Assembly: GCF_036327475.1 (NCBI RefSeq)
Contig: NZ_CP132913.1
Span: forward strand, 578,450 to 642,449
DNA: 64,000 nt
Reading direction: 5' to 3'
Source: Sodalis sp. (in: enterobacteria)
GTDB taxonomy: Bacteria > Pseudomonadota > Gammaproteobacteria > Enterobacterales > Enterobacteriaceae
The notes beneath the pieces are model-generated. The model worked only from the letters and a program-made list of their open reading frames with translations. It was not told the DNA's origin and did not search any database. The translations under genes were made by a program, and so were the position numbers. Of the stretch, positions 33,773 to 44,374 are shown in pieces (the stretch's first letter is position 1; each line of letters starts with the position of its first letter).

Positions 33773-34067
33773 ATGATCATGTATGCAACTCTGGAAGAAG
33801 TGATCGATATCGCCCGCGAGAAGTTTCAACAGCAGAAAAGAGGACGAAACCTCATCAGGGTAACGATTCAGAACGAAGAGATCATGTGAGAAGCCGAATT
33901 TCCCGAGACGATATCGTTTGGTTTGTACCAACAAATTACGATGAAACCGAACTGCGCCTGGAGTGGCAGAAGGAAAATACGCTGTACGAGTGGGACGAAA
34001 TATCAATATGAACCGTCGCTCGATGCCAAAGAGGGTAAACCGCTTCTGATGAATGGGACGCGATGTG
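33773..34067 (+). pseudogene. msyB: msyB (acidic protein MsyB) pseudogene
   Basis: MIMYATLEEVIDIAREKFQQ matches MsyB MTMYATLEEAIDAAREEFLA. ..YDETELRLEWQKENTLYEWDE.. and ..EPSLDAKEGKP..DEWDAM* match the C-terminal part in shifted frames. There is an internal deletion. Confidence 0.75.
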
Positions 34068-34099
34068 ATGTCACACCCCTCTCGTATCACCCCGCCTCG

Positions 34100-34935
34100 C
34101 TAACGCCCGCCGTAACCATTGTGCCGCGACAACCAGCCAAGGAAGGCGCTAACCATAAATGGCGTGTGAAAAACACCCTGAACGGCGCCAACAGAAACAG
34201 CATTTCCAATAGCATTGAAATGGTCATCCGAGCACACCGACGAATTCCTGCGCGCCCTTGGTGATGATTAGGATGACGATCAACAGTTTTGGCAGGAACA
34301 GCAGCACCAGCGTCGTGGAGAATAACGTAATAGCCAGCTTCGGCCGCCATTGGGGTCACACCGTGAAGAGTTGGCGCGGCTTGTAGGAAGTACTACGGCT
34401 CCATTGGCTCCATTAGCGCGTATACCACTAGAAGGGCAGGCGATACCGCAACCATAGCAGCACTGATAAAAGGGCATGACATCACCCAGGAACACCGCAC
34501 GGTCGAGCGGATGCATTTCCTTGATAAAAACAGAATAAAATTCATCATGTTAAAGTAGTGCTAGCGACGATTGCATTTGAGCCCATCCAATAATTGGGCG
34601 GCAGAGCTTCATATCCACCTGGCAAATCCTAGACTATCCAAATTTCTCCATCCTGCGCAGCGCATCAAGATCGCCTCTGCGAGTCATGAGAGGATACGGA
34701 TCCGGCGAATAACCTTTCATCCCGGCAGCGGCGCCAGCGTGCAATGCTTGATAAACAGCTCGACGCGGATAATGGCGTTGTCGGCAAGATTTTCGCCATC
34801 CTGCGCCGGACCATTGCTTGTACCATGATACATGGCATCATGGCCTAGCTCCGTTCACGCGGTTTATCGCGCTCGTGCAGGCTGGTCTTTTGTCGGCGGC
34901 AAGCGGCAACGCCTCGACATAGTCGAGGCTGGTGG
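34100..34935 (-). pseudogene. opgH: opgH (mdoH, periplasmic glucan glucosyltransferase) pseudogene, heavily deleted
   Basis: The N-terminus ..SLDYVEALPLAADKRPA.. resembles OpgH ..TEYIDAMPIAASEKAAL... It then jumps to ..NAIIRVELFIKHCTLAPLPG.., AEAILMRCAGW.., LPPN..LLDGLKCNRR.., MHPLDRAVFL.. and [36 protein letters not shown]... About 0.84 kb remains of ~2.5 kb. Many frame changes are present and the 3' ~450 nt are missing. Confidence 0.8.
34112..34274. repeat. native opgH copy of the segment also found inside the ptsG pseudogene (9535-9762)
   Basis: See the partner feature. This copy lacks the 70 nt present at 9554-9623 and has 5-nt and 2-nt indels. Confidence 0.85.
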
Positions 34936-34944
34936 AGGTAGAAT

Positions 34945-36290
34945 TATTCCTAGGCAGGCAGCAGATAGCTCCCGGTTTCGATCAATGTCTTATCACCGCC
35001 ACCAGTGCAGCACGCATCTCGGTAGGTTGCTTGGTGTTTTTACCTTAAGACATAGGGTCACAGACGCCAGCCATGGGTAACCAGATTAAAACGGACGCTA
35101 TTTTCTCGCCCACGCTAATCTGGGAGGCGATTGGTGCAACCGGGCCAAGCTTCTCAACGCTGGTCGACACAGTCTACTTAAAAGGCGATCGTGACGTCCG
35201 ACTGACGCGCCAGGTCGATAGTTTCACATCCCCTCAGAACGTAAGGTTTGTTTCACATAATCTGGCGAATGGGTTTTATCTTCATCGCGGGAGAAATGCA
35301 GCCGATAGGTTAGCTCCAGCGACTGACAGACATTCGGCAATTTCTCCAGTGTCCAAAACGCAACGATATTGTCGTTAGTCTCATCGTTAGTGGGGATGTC
35401 CACCAGCTCGACATGCCCTTTGCCCCAATCACCGCGGGGTTCAACCTAGCCGATCGGGCACAAGTTGTAGCGATCGTCCAGTTCTTGATACTGGAAGAAG
35501 TCGCGTCCTCGCTGTAGCAGCCCGAAACTGCACGGATTTTCCACCTGAAAAGTGCTCACAAACAGGTAAATGGGGGTTATTTGGCGGACGCCAATCTACT
35601 CGCCGTTACTGGCGTGAATCGTTTTGACCTAAACAGGAACATGCTGGTGAGCGGCGCCAAGCCCGGTCTGCCGACTTTATCGCGCAAATAAACACGAGAC
35701 TGCACATCTACACGGGTGTTGCGCTCCGGGTAAATGACAAAGCGGTAAGCGCCGATGGCGTGTGGAAAATCCAGCGGCGCATACAGCACCAGGTACTTAT
35801 CATTTGCATTGGGACGCTTAATCCAGAATTCACGAAAGCGTGGAAACCCTCCCAGGACGCCAGTACAGTGTATCGGTCGCTAGACCGTGCGCGGAAGGGC
35901 CATAAACTTGCCATTTACGATAACGTAACAATGACTTGTGCCCAACATGCTCGTGGTTGACCGTTCCGAAGTTGAACATATCCGATGAATATTTGACCTC
36001 ATTAACGGCGGTCGCCGTTACTTTATTGATTTTCACCGCCTTGAAATACATACCCTGATGGTAGCACTCGATTTTTAATGGGGCCAGTAAACCACGCTAC
36101 TATCATAATTGAATTTACTGATAGTCAGCAAGCTTCATTTCGCGAAATTGCAAAGGCACATTGCTTTTTAGCGCTTCATACCCTTTAGCCGCCAGCGCCT
36201 AGGCTTGCTTCGTCAATAGAAAATGCCCATGAGGGTAAAGCGTTATAGTGTCAACAGCACCATAGCACCATGGTTTCCGGCCAATGGAGA
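34945..36290 (-). pseudogene. opgG: opgG (mdoG, periplasmic glucan biosynthesis protein) pseudogene
   Basis: ..PSWAFSIDE.., KGYEALKSNVPLQFREMKLADYQ*, QGMYFKAVKINKVTATAVNEVKYSSDMFNFG.., ..[41 protein letters not shown].. and the C-terminal ..PTEMRAALVA.DKTLIETGSYLLPA* all match OpgG. They are distributed over three frames with stops. Confidence 0.8.
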
Positions 36291-36504
36291 TTCGCTTTGG
36301 ATGATTTGACAAAGAACTTAATTATTTGTTTCCACTTTGCGTGTGTTCTTAATCATTTACGGCAATCTTTGATTACTAAAATCACTTGTCCAACAGAACG
36401 ATATTCCGCGTGGACTATTATCCTCTTGCTAGTTATAAAATAAACGGCGCGTTAAGCCCGCCGCGCTGGCCTAATACCCCTGTCTAGGCAATCGCAATTC
36501 AGAA

Positions 36505-36900
36505 TGGTGCGGCAATGGAAGCTGGCTCGATATTATTCATTCGTGGACGGTTTTGCCCGCTTCGCCGCCGTGGCGCTGGTGCGCGCTGAAGTGGTAGTGA
36601 AACCCATTTACATCCCTATCAATGCGATTTCATTTTGGGGCTGGGCGGGAGGCGATAGGCGTCCGTCGTGCTGATAGTCTCCTGGCAAGGCAAGGCGCTA
36701 AACAGTACCTTGTTCGCGCCAGCCTGGCCGCCATTGAGGCGATTCGCGTGGTAGATTCAACAGTGCACTTCCTTCAGCCGGAACCGGTGGTGCATATCAA
36801 TATACCGGCGGGCAAACCGGAGCTGGAGCACGGAAAGCACCGGCTTTCGGTCTGTTGGGTATGTAGATATCAACGGCTACCGTTCAATTTATGAACCGCT
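36505..36900 (+). pseudogene. unassigned coding remnant, possibly a glycoside-hydrolase-family-1-like TIM-barrel protein
   Basis: ..FVDGFARFAAVALVRAEVVVKPIYIPINAISFWGWAGGD.. then ..LAAIEAIRVVDSTVHFLQPEPVVHI.. resembles the ..YA.AVAERYPWV..YTPVNEP... / ..AIREVNP.ARLVQTDD.. pattern of GH1-like proteins as I recall them. It is broken by stops. Confidence 0.3.
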
Positions 36901-37515
36901 GACGCTGGAGTTGCGCGGTCAGAAGATACGCCTGGTGGCCTGCCAAAGAACGCTAAGCCGGGTCATAAGACGGTTTCCGCCTGACCTGGCGTTAGAAAAG
37001 ACGGAGGAGCGGTGAGTTATCCTCACCCTGTGACCATGGGCTACCCGACCCGCCATTAAGGCGCCTTTTTATGACATCGGTAGGATCTGCCGAACGGCGC
37101 AGATCGTTTAACCAGGCGAGATCGAAATTTTTATGCGGTGATAATAAGTTTGTCCAACCTCGATAGGCGATAGTGCATGGGTGGTACGTTTGACACCCCA
37201 GACAGGCTTCGGGGCGCGAAATCATTTTCGATGCCTAGCCACTACTGGTGCGAGCAGCGGCCAAGCTCCTCATCTCCAATACCACCACCAGCATGCGATC
37301 GCAATCGAGTCGTTCTATTCGCGCTCCTTTTTGACGCAGTCACCCTCGAGGACTATCACAGCATACGTTAATTCACATATACGCTGAGCAGAGCGTTACC
37401 GTTTCGGTTACACTTATCCTTTTACGCCGGGGTTGAGCACTTATAGTGCACCTCCGGTACATGATGCCAGGTAAAACTCATTAACTGCCTGTAAGGCGAT
37501 TACATCTGACACTTT

Positions 37516-38532
37516 ATGAAAGTGAAAATTCGCACGTTATTTTGCACGTTATGTAGCATGGTATTGGCAATGACTGTTTACAGTCAGTTCTCCTTCGCTG
37601 TTATCTATCCGTTACCAGAAGGCACAAGCCGCCTAGTTGGGGAAAACTTGCAAATCACCGTTCCCGATGGGAACAAATTACCGCTTGAACATTTTGCCGC
37701 CCAGTTTCAAATGGGACTTAGCAATATGCTCGAAGCTAATCCGGGCGTGGATGTCTATCTCCCGGCACCAGGCACCAAAATGATCATCCCACAGAAGCTG
37801 ATTTTGCCGGACACCCCCCATGAAGGCATCGTGATCAACAGCGCCGAAATGCGTCTGTATTACTATCCAAAAGGCACCAAGACGGTCATCGTACTGCCTA
37901 TCGGCATTGGCGAGCTAGGTAAAGAAACCCCCTCTAACTGGGTGACCTCGGTGAAACGCAAGAAAAATGGCCCTACCTGGACGCCGACCAAAGCCATACA
38001 CGCGGAATATGCCGCGCGAGGTGAAACGCTACCAGAAGTATTCCCGGGAGGCCCGGATAACCCGATGGGTCTCTATGCGCTGTATGTTGGCCGCCTGTAC
38101 GCAGTGCACGGCACCAACGCCAACTTCGGCATCGGTTTGCGCGTCAGCCACGGCTGCGTACGTCTGCGCGCCGACGATATTAAATATCTGTTTGATCATG
38201 TGCCTGTCGGCACCCGCGTTCGATTTATTAATGAACCGGTAAAAGTCACGATTGAACCGGATGGTTCGCGCTACATGGAAGTACATAACCCGCTTTCAGT
38301 AACCGAGGAACAATTTAACTCGAATGAGCCAGTGCCGATTAATCTGACGGCCAATGTCAGCCATGTTCTGATGAATCCCAGCGTTTGTCGAGGCACAGCT
38401 GATCAGGTGTTACAGCGTCGTTCCGGCATACCGGAGAATATCACCGCCCATGGCGATAACGGCCAAACCGCGATGGTACAAGCGCAACCAGTTGATGAGC
38501 TGACCATTACCGAAGGTCCCGATACCGATTAG
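37516..38532 (+). CDS. L,D-transpeptidase (YkuD domain; ErfK/YbiS/YcfS family, closest to YbiS/LdtB)
   Basis: The 338-aa ORF has a signal peptide. It contains ..[49 protein letters not shown].., [16 protein letters not shown].., and the catalytic [22 protein letters not shown]. It is collinear with E. coli YbiS. Confidence 0.9.
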   Translation: MKVKIRTLFCTLCSMVLAMTVYSQFSFAVIYPLPEGTSRLVGENLQITVPDGNKLPLEHFAAQFQMGLSNMLEANPGVDVYLPAPGTKMIIPQKLILPDTPHEGIVINSAEMRLYYYPKGTKTVIVLPIGIGELGKETPSNWVTSVKRKKNGPTWTPTKAIHAEYAARGETLPEVFPGGPDNPMGLYALYVGRLYAVHGTNANFGIGLRVSHGCVRLRADDIKYLFDHVPVGTRVRFINEPVKVTIEPDGSRYMEVHNPLSVTEEQFNSNEPVPINLTANVSHVLMNPSVCRGTADQVLQRRSGIPENITAHGDNGQTAMVQAQPVDELTITEGPDTD

Positions 38533-39347
38533 AAACAACAGAGGACCGCCGCACCGGTTACCATGCAACCAGCATACCGGAATAAAGCGGCGCCGCTGTA
38601 CCGGTGGATAATACCGCATCCGCCAGAAGCGACACGAGTGCCGCGCCAATTGGCAAAGCCACGCCTGCTGCCAGTGGCGATACCGGCTGTCAAGAGGTTC
38701 AGTAACCAAAAAACGTTGTTTGCCACTCGGGCCGGGCAACGGCACCTCTGATGACGCAGACGCGTCGCGCCAGGGTAGCTGGTTGTGTTTTGAGCCAGTC
38801 GGTAAACGTTATCCGCGGACGGGGAGTTCGTTGGTTATGCTGCCGTGGTGCAAATAAATGCAGCGAATTTCGCTTGCATGTCCTCCAGCAAGGTAAATCG
38901 CCTGCGATACCCGGCGCGTTTCTTGCTTTGAGGATCGTCGAGAGACTTACGGATAATGTGCTGCGGCAATGCGTAAAGCCCTCCCGTAAGCGAAACAACT
39001 TCAACCAAGGCCAAAACATCGTCAGGCACCTGTTCGACAATGACGGGCCCGGCCACGGCCTGTTCCGCCCGATGGACGGTCGGCGTTCTTGACGACGGTA
39101 TAGTGACCATCAGGCTACACCCTAACTTGCTTAAGATTAATTAACTTGCTGTCTGCGCGAGTATTGCTTTTAGTTATGCGCCCTGTTGATGGACTCCCGT
39201 TTATTGAAAAGGAATTGCCCTTTATCTACCCCTTAAATCATATAATTTTTTGAGTCACACACCGGCCAGAGGTTTTCTTAAATTGACAATCCATCATAGA
39301 GGAATAGTATGGACAGTCTCACAATAGTCCAGACTCCAGCAGTTTAA

Positions 39348-39378
39348 CCCTACATACTTTATAGCCCTACATACTTTA
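39348..39378. repeat. short direct repeat CCCTACATACTTTA x2 (3-nt spacer)
   Basis: 39348-39361 and 39365-39378 are identical. Confidence 0.95.
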
Positions 39379-40323
39379 AACCACATTCCCTTATCGCAAT
39401 AATATAGCATGCAGCGATTCCGTGGAGGATAAAAACAAAGAGTCCAAATATGTCTATTTGGACAAGGCCAGCATTGAATGTCTTAATATCCTGACCGACT
39501 TTGATTTCGAGGGGCGCCTGGGACGATGAATTCCCCTGCTCCTAGTTCGAGCGCGCACCGGATTTCCAGAAACAAGACTGAGAGGTGGAAGAAAGCAGTC
39601 TTTGGGCCAACGTTGTTACGACGTTTTATCATCGTTAAGCCGCTAGGTCATCGTTGCTTCATTTTCATTAACGCTAGTGACTTGCCTGAGACGGTGTTTT
39701 GTCCATCGTAGAGCAATGGCGCTAGTCAATTGAATATCGCAAGATGCTCTCCCTGGCTGACGCAGGATGTTGATTTCGCAACATAGCGAGAGAGGCCAGG
39801 GTTGGCAGTGAACACTACCAGGAAGCATTAATCTCTTTCCATTCGCCCCCGTCGACAGATGTCACATTCTCCCAAGAGGCAATGGCAGGTACTCAATCAT
39901 TGGGGAGATTCAAGGCGCATGACGAAGAGTCCGGATAGCATTCAAGGAGACAAAATCACTTTTGGGCGGATTTGCGATCCGCAGATGAAACGGAAATGGC
40001 CTTGTTGATGAAGCTTTTCTAAAACGGACGTACCTGGCATGGCCTAAGCCCAATAGACTGCCTCTTCTTACAGGTGCCGTTTAATCAGAATTGATGACAA
40101 AAGGAGGAAGACGCTGGCAAGACGTTAGTAGCTGCCGGTCTGAGGGTTCATTGGAGAGCAGCGATCGAATTTTAATTAAACGGCCCACGCTTATCCATCA
40201 ACGCAGCCATGCATGCGAGGATAATGTAGACAAAGGGACCGGATATCGCCAATGTTGCCACACGGCGAGTAGCATCAGACTCAGCGAATAATTATCGGCC
40301 ACGCGGCATAACGTTTCCCCGCT

Positions 40324-40361
40324 CGGTTCTCGGTGAGCCACGTATTGCTCACCGAGAACCG
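40324..40361. repeat. perfect 15-bp inverted repeat (hairpin, 8-nt loop)
   Basis: CGGTTCTCGGTGAGC (40324-40338), loop CACGTATT, then GCTCACCGAGAACCG (40347-40361). No T-run follows immediately. Confidence 0.95.
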
Positions 40362-43200
40362 ATGCAAAGCGTTTTCTTCCCGATCGCGGTGGCACGTAAG
40401 GCTACGGAGTTCTATCATAGACAACTCGGTGATAATGATTAACAGCATTAACCGGATATGAATCACACAAATTAACTCCCTTCTATTACTTAACGATTGT
40501 CAACGTTGTTAACGATGCTAGCATAATATCTCTACGCCAGACCCAGCGTTAAAACTTCGCCAATAGCTACCGCTATATTCTGTGGCATGTTAGGACAATA
40601 TGTTATTTTCGACTCATAAAAAGTTATCGATATAGTGGCGAAATCAATAATACTGACTGCCACTATCCTAATAATGATATCAGCTCAGGTGGCATATTGG
40701 CCAATGCCATCGAGACGAGAATAGGTGAATTTATCGATAAATTTTACTCTAATTTTACATATCGCATATTAATAAAACGGCTACTAACTTCACTCAAGGT
40801 TTAATTGTTCGATGGAAGGTAGCATCGTAATATTATCGCCGCATCTCACATTATTACAATGGGGAGCACGATAAAAATGCTTTACATCTGTCAGATATCC
40901 TCCCGACTTGTATACAACATTAAAGTGTTAAAATATTAGGATCGACAAAATGGTTAAGGCCGCGCAACAAAATATAGCCCTCTGATAATTTGAGAATAAA
41001 ATTGGCTGCCTTAATTCTGAACGGCCAACGATTATACGCTTTCGTCGCGAAATCACAGGGCGGCCCGCTGGCAACGTCATGGGGTGGATGGAACGCGCGA
41101 CCGCTTAGGCATCACGCTAGGGCATATGCCAGTTCAGTGTATGGCTGCCTTCCTGTCACCGTTTGGCGAGAGTTGTGCCGCCTGAATGACAGCGAAACCG
41201 CACACGGCTTGAGCGTGGAATTTGCTGGCTACCACGCCGAGACCAACCCTTCAGATTCAACAGGATAGGTTAACGTCTAAGGTAGGCCTGCTGGTTAAGG
41301 GTGGCGATCTCGCTATGCGTAATGGGTAGCATTCTACTGAAATACTTAATCAGTATGGCGAGGAAAGTGCTCAGTATGCGTGGCCTGTTTGATACGGCTG
41401 TAGGCGGTGATTTGCTCATTCTGACTCGTCCTAAACAGTTGAAAATTATGCTAAAGTTGGATGATGATGTTAGCAACGCGGACGCGTCGCCTCGGAGTAC
41501 GGTTATTAACCGTACGACTTAAGACGAAGACAAGCAAAGCGGTTAAGGAGCTAACGGGTCTGATGTTTTCGTATGGCGATTCGCCGGCTTATGGCTAAAA
41601 TAAACTAAAGCGGGCAGGATTGCTATAGCTGGCTCAGCGGTTACCTGTTTGTGGGCAGAAGAGTACTCCCATGTCCACTTAAGTGCTTTCAGGAATTGGC
41701 ACCTCAGACCAAAGTGCGGCGACGTCTGGAATAACGATTCCACTTAAAAACTTCGTGATAATTCAATAGAAAGTGAACATATTTAAAAAAGAGCAACGTC
41801 CACCTGATCTGATAGACTGCATAGATGTCCTTTTGAAGGGCCAATCATTGCCAAGTGACCGGTTATTATTGGCCAGGCTGTTGGTGGGCAACGCTTTATA
41901 AATTAAAAAATTACTGATGCTATAGAGGACTACCCGCAATTAATTGCTAATGGACAAAATGAATAGATTAGTTGTTGTTAATTACCTGTTAGTGTTTTAC
42001 CAGCTCATGGTTGGTAACCATATTTAAGATGGTAGTAAACAGCAACAGCTTAAGGTCTTTTGCGAAATCCAATATCCATAATGCCAATAATATCTTTGTT
42101 ACATGTTGATAATCAGACATATTCTGATTTTATAAGTATAACTCATCATATAAATAACGTTATGTTTTCTTTACTTAAGTCATGTAGAGTGTTCTGGATT
42201 CTGTCGCGTTTGCTACAGCATACATGCTTAGACCGAATAACACTGCTCAAGATGTGAGCAGACTTGAGCCTGGGCTGCTGGTGAGGCCCTTGGGTTTCTT
42301 ATGTGCTTTAATGTCTAGTTAGAGCCTTCTCTTAAAATGCTATGTGGTAGATAGCATTGTTGCCGCTAAGTGTTTTTCGGCGATTTCACTCCCTGCCAGT
42401 GCTTGCCTGTCGCTTCAGGATATTGACCAGATATCCTGGGGACTTGATTTAGACCTTTGCTACTCTCTCCCTTCGGCCAATAGCGCCATAACGCGTGCCA
42501 AGTGTCAACGAAGCTAAAGCGCCGTCCTGGAGATGGCTGCCAACGTTGTTTCCGTTGTTTCTCGTTTTTCAGCTATTCTGGCTTATCTAAATATTCTACT
42601 TTAGAATATACGACTCTGGGATAACGGCCAAACAAAGCGGCTGATTGGCACTTTTCGTATTCCGTGCAGACCCTGCCGGTATTTTTTATGACCGACCAAT
42701 CATCTCATAGCTGCAGTATCGCGCTATCTTCAAATTCGTCACTACAAACGGTGACAGCCCCTGCGCGCCCAGCTTTGCGCTCGTGCGAACACCCGTCAGC
42801 TGTCGCTGAGCATGCGGTAAAAAACTCCAACCTCGCGCCTTTCTCTAGGCAGAGTCTCATGCGTTGCATCATTAGCCCAACCGGTACGCCGATGCGCGTA
42901 CTCTTGTCTATGGTAACTTGTCCAACGCGCCGTCTAGGTCTACGCCTATCCCATATTCTAGTTATAACTTAAGACCGTGCATCACGTCTTGCTATGGTCG
43001 CTGCCCGCTTGCGCGCCGTTGGTTTAATTATTCATTTTACATTCCCACCCTCCATTAACCCCTATCCGGTGCGACTTTCAGACTTATTTTGGCTAAAATG
43101 GGGCTGCGTTACGCGCCCTTCTGTTACAATTTTTGGCTTGGCCATGGGGTCGTTGGCGGCTTATCCGACCTCTTTATCCAGCAGCTCATAGGGCTCGACC

Positions 43201-43516
43201 CTATCTGATACTGCAGGCATGGGCGTGCACGGTTGCGATACACGCTGTTCTCGCATTGGCGAATGGGAAACAACTTCTGCAACAGGGTCAACGTCTCTTT
43301 TATCGCATAACCATTGGGAAATGGCCCAAAATAATCTCCTTTCGCATGCTTGGCGCCGCGATGGAACACGATACGGGGATGCGCGTCGCTGCTGAGGAAA
43401 ATGAAGGGATAGGATTTGTCGTCGCGCAGCAATACGTTGTAGCGTGGCTGATACAGCTTAATGTAATTATGCTCAAGCAGCAGCGCTTCGGTTTCTGTAT
43501 GGGTAACGGTCACATC
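43201..43516. repeat. ectopic perfect copy (316 bp) of an internal uvrC segment
   Basis: It is base-for-base identical to 46509-46824 in the same orientation. ORF 43124-43513 translates to UvrC residues ~67-171 ([37 protein letters not shown]...CLQYQIG), then diverges. Confidence 0.97.
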
Positions 43517-43631
43517 GTCCCCTAACCAATCATTGATTTTCTCAGAGGCTTCTCACATTTAAGACGAACAAACCGCACAAGGCGGCATCAAATTTTTATA
43601 CAATCTGTTGTTATTATTAACCTTATAGAAA

Positions 43632-43717
43632 TAGTACCCGGGACGAGACTTGAACTCGTATAGCCAAAGGCTGAGGGATTTTAAATCCCTTGTGTCTACC
43701 GATTCCACCACCCGGGC
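43632..43717 (-). tRNA. leuZ: tRNA-Leu (anticodon UAA), leuZ-like; 3' end reads ACTA rather than ACCA
   Basis: The reverse complement is GCCCGGGTGGTGGAATCGGTAGACACAAGGGATTTAAAATCCCTCAGCCTTTGGCTATACGAGTTCAAGTCTCGTCCCGGGTA. It has a cloverleaf with a long variable arm, the anticodon loop is TTTAAAA, and the next 3 nt are CTA. Confidence 0.9.
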
Positions 43718-43733
43718 ATCGTGAAATCTAAAC

Positions 43734-43807
43734 TGGAGGCGCGTCCCGGAGTCGAACCGAGGTGGACGGATTTGCAATCCGTTGCATGGCCACTCTGCCA
43801 ACGCGCC
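43734..43807 (-). tRNA. cysT: tRNA-Cys (anticodon GCA)
   Basis: The reverse complement is GGCGCGTTGGCAGAGTGGCCATGCAACGGATTGCAAATCCGTCCACCTCGGTTCGACTCCGGGACGCGCCTCCA. It lies 16 nt from tRNA-Leu, as in the E. coli glyW-cysT-leuZ operon. Confidence 0.95.
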
Positions 43808-44374
43808 TAATCTTATCCCTTGTCTTTGGCCTGCAGGGGGATTACTATACGACTAACTGATAATAAATATAACTTGTTTATTCCGTATTCTGGAATGGAC
43901 GCAATTATGGCTTGTTTGAGCAACGATGGCAAGCTTTTTGGGTTGGGACGCATAATTACATCACAACCAACCGGGCATCGCCATAAGCATTGCCATCTTT
44001 ATCTTCCAGTGCGACAACAAAACGATCCGTCCGCTGACCAAGCTCACGACTGATTGGCTTTATTCCATCCCACCAATCAGGTAATAAGTAATAGCTGTTG
44101 ATGAAAGACCGCTTGTTACCGATATCGCTTCTATTTAGCCAGAGTGACCCCTACTCACTCGGGGTGCCCGCCAACAGTCTGATGCCTGGCGGCCTCATGC
44201 CGAAGTCGGCGTGGCTAAACGGAAGAAGGATTGGAGTATTGGGAGACAGAAGCACCGGATCTGATGGGTAGTTCGTAAACCGGCAGACGCAAGCGGCATA
44301 GTACTCTGGAGAGGAATTGACCGATGTAGGCCCCTCAGTATCAACCTACGGAATGACGCTGGCTAACTAAAATT

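Larger units (their letters stand above)
39110..43200. other. AT-rich, ORF-poor, unassignable stretch (~4.1 kb) on the 3' side of tRNA-Leu; probable decayed horizontally acquired DNA
   Basis: It is visibly lower in G+C than the flanks. Only short ORFs (about 60-130 aa) occur in any frame. I recognise no family, and stops are dense in all six frames. Confidence 0.5.

Noticed and set aside
33266-33889. A 207-aa ORF, the longest unexplained ORF in the mdtG-msyB interval.
   Set aside because: I recognise no family. It runs from non-coding-looking DNA into the msyB pseudogene start in a different frame, and its composition and lack of an SD suggest a chance ORF in GC-rich decayed sequence. The 33134-33772 interval remains unassigned.
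38560-39110. GC-rich stretch with overlapping minus-strand ORFs (e.g. MVTIPSSRTPTVHRAEQAVAGPVIVEQVPDDVLALVEVV..), examined as a possible integrase, transposase or regulator remnant bordering the AT-rich region.
   Set aside because: I could not match it to integrase, transposase, LysR or any other family from memory, and its frames are broken. It is left unassigned. A BLASTX hit to a tyrosine recombinase would upgrade the island hypothesis.
40198-40466. Short minus-strand ORFs overlapping the 15-bp perfect hairpin, considered as a toxin-antitoxin or attenuator-like unit.
   Set aside because: The ORFs overlap in different frames and have no start context or homology. The hairpin lacks a U-tract. 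It is reported only as an inverted repeat.
43124-43513. A 129-aa ORF that could be called a small gene next to tRNA-Leu.
   Set aside because: It is simply the orphan 316-bp copy of uvrC codons ~67-171 read through into flanking DNA. It has no start context and is not an independent gene.
44100-44374. GC-rich, stem-rich part of the tRNA-operon insert, considered as a structured RNA (group II intron fragment, retron msr/msd, or other ncRNA).
   Set aside because: I could find no domain V-like motif, no RT ORF, and no msr/msd-type inverted repeats with a conserved branching G context. A covariance-model search is required before any claim.
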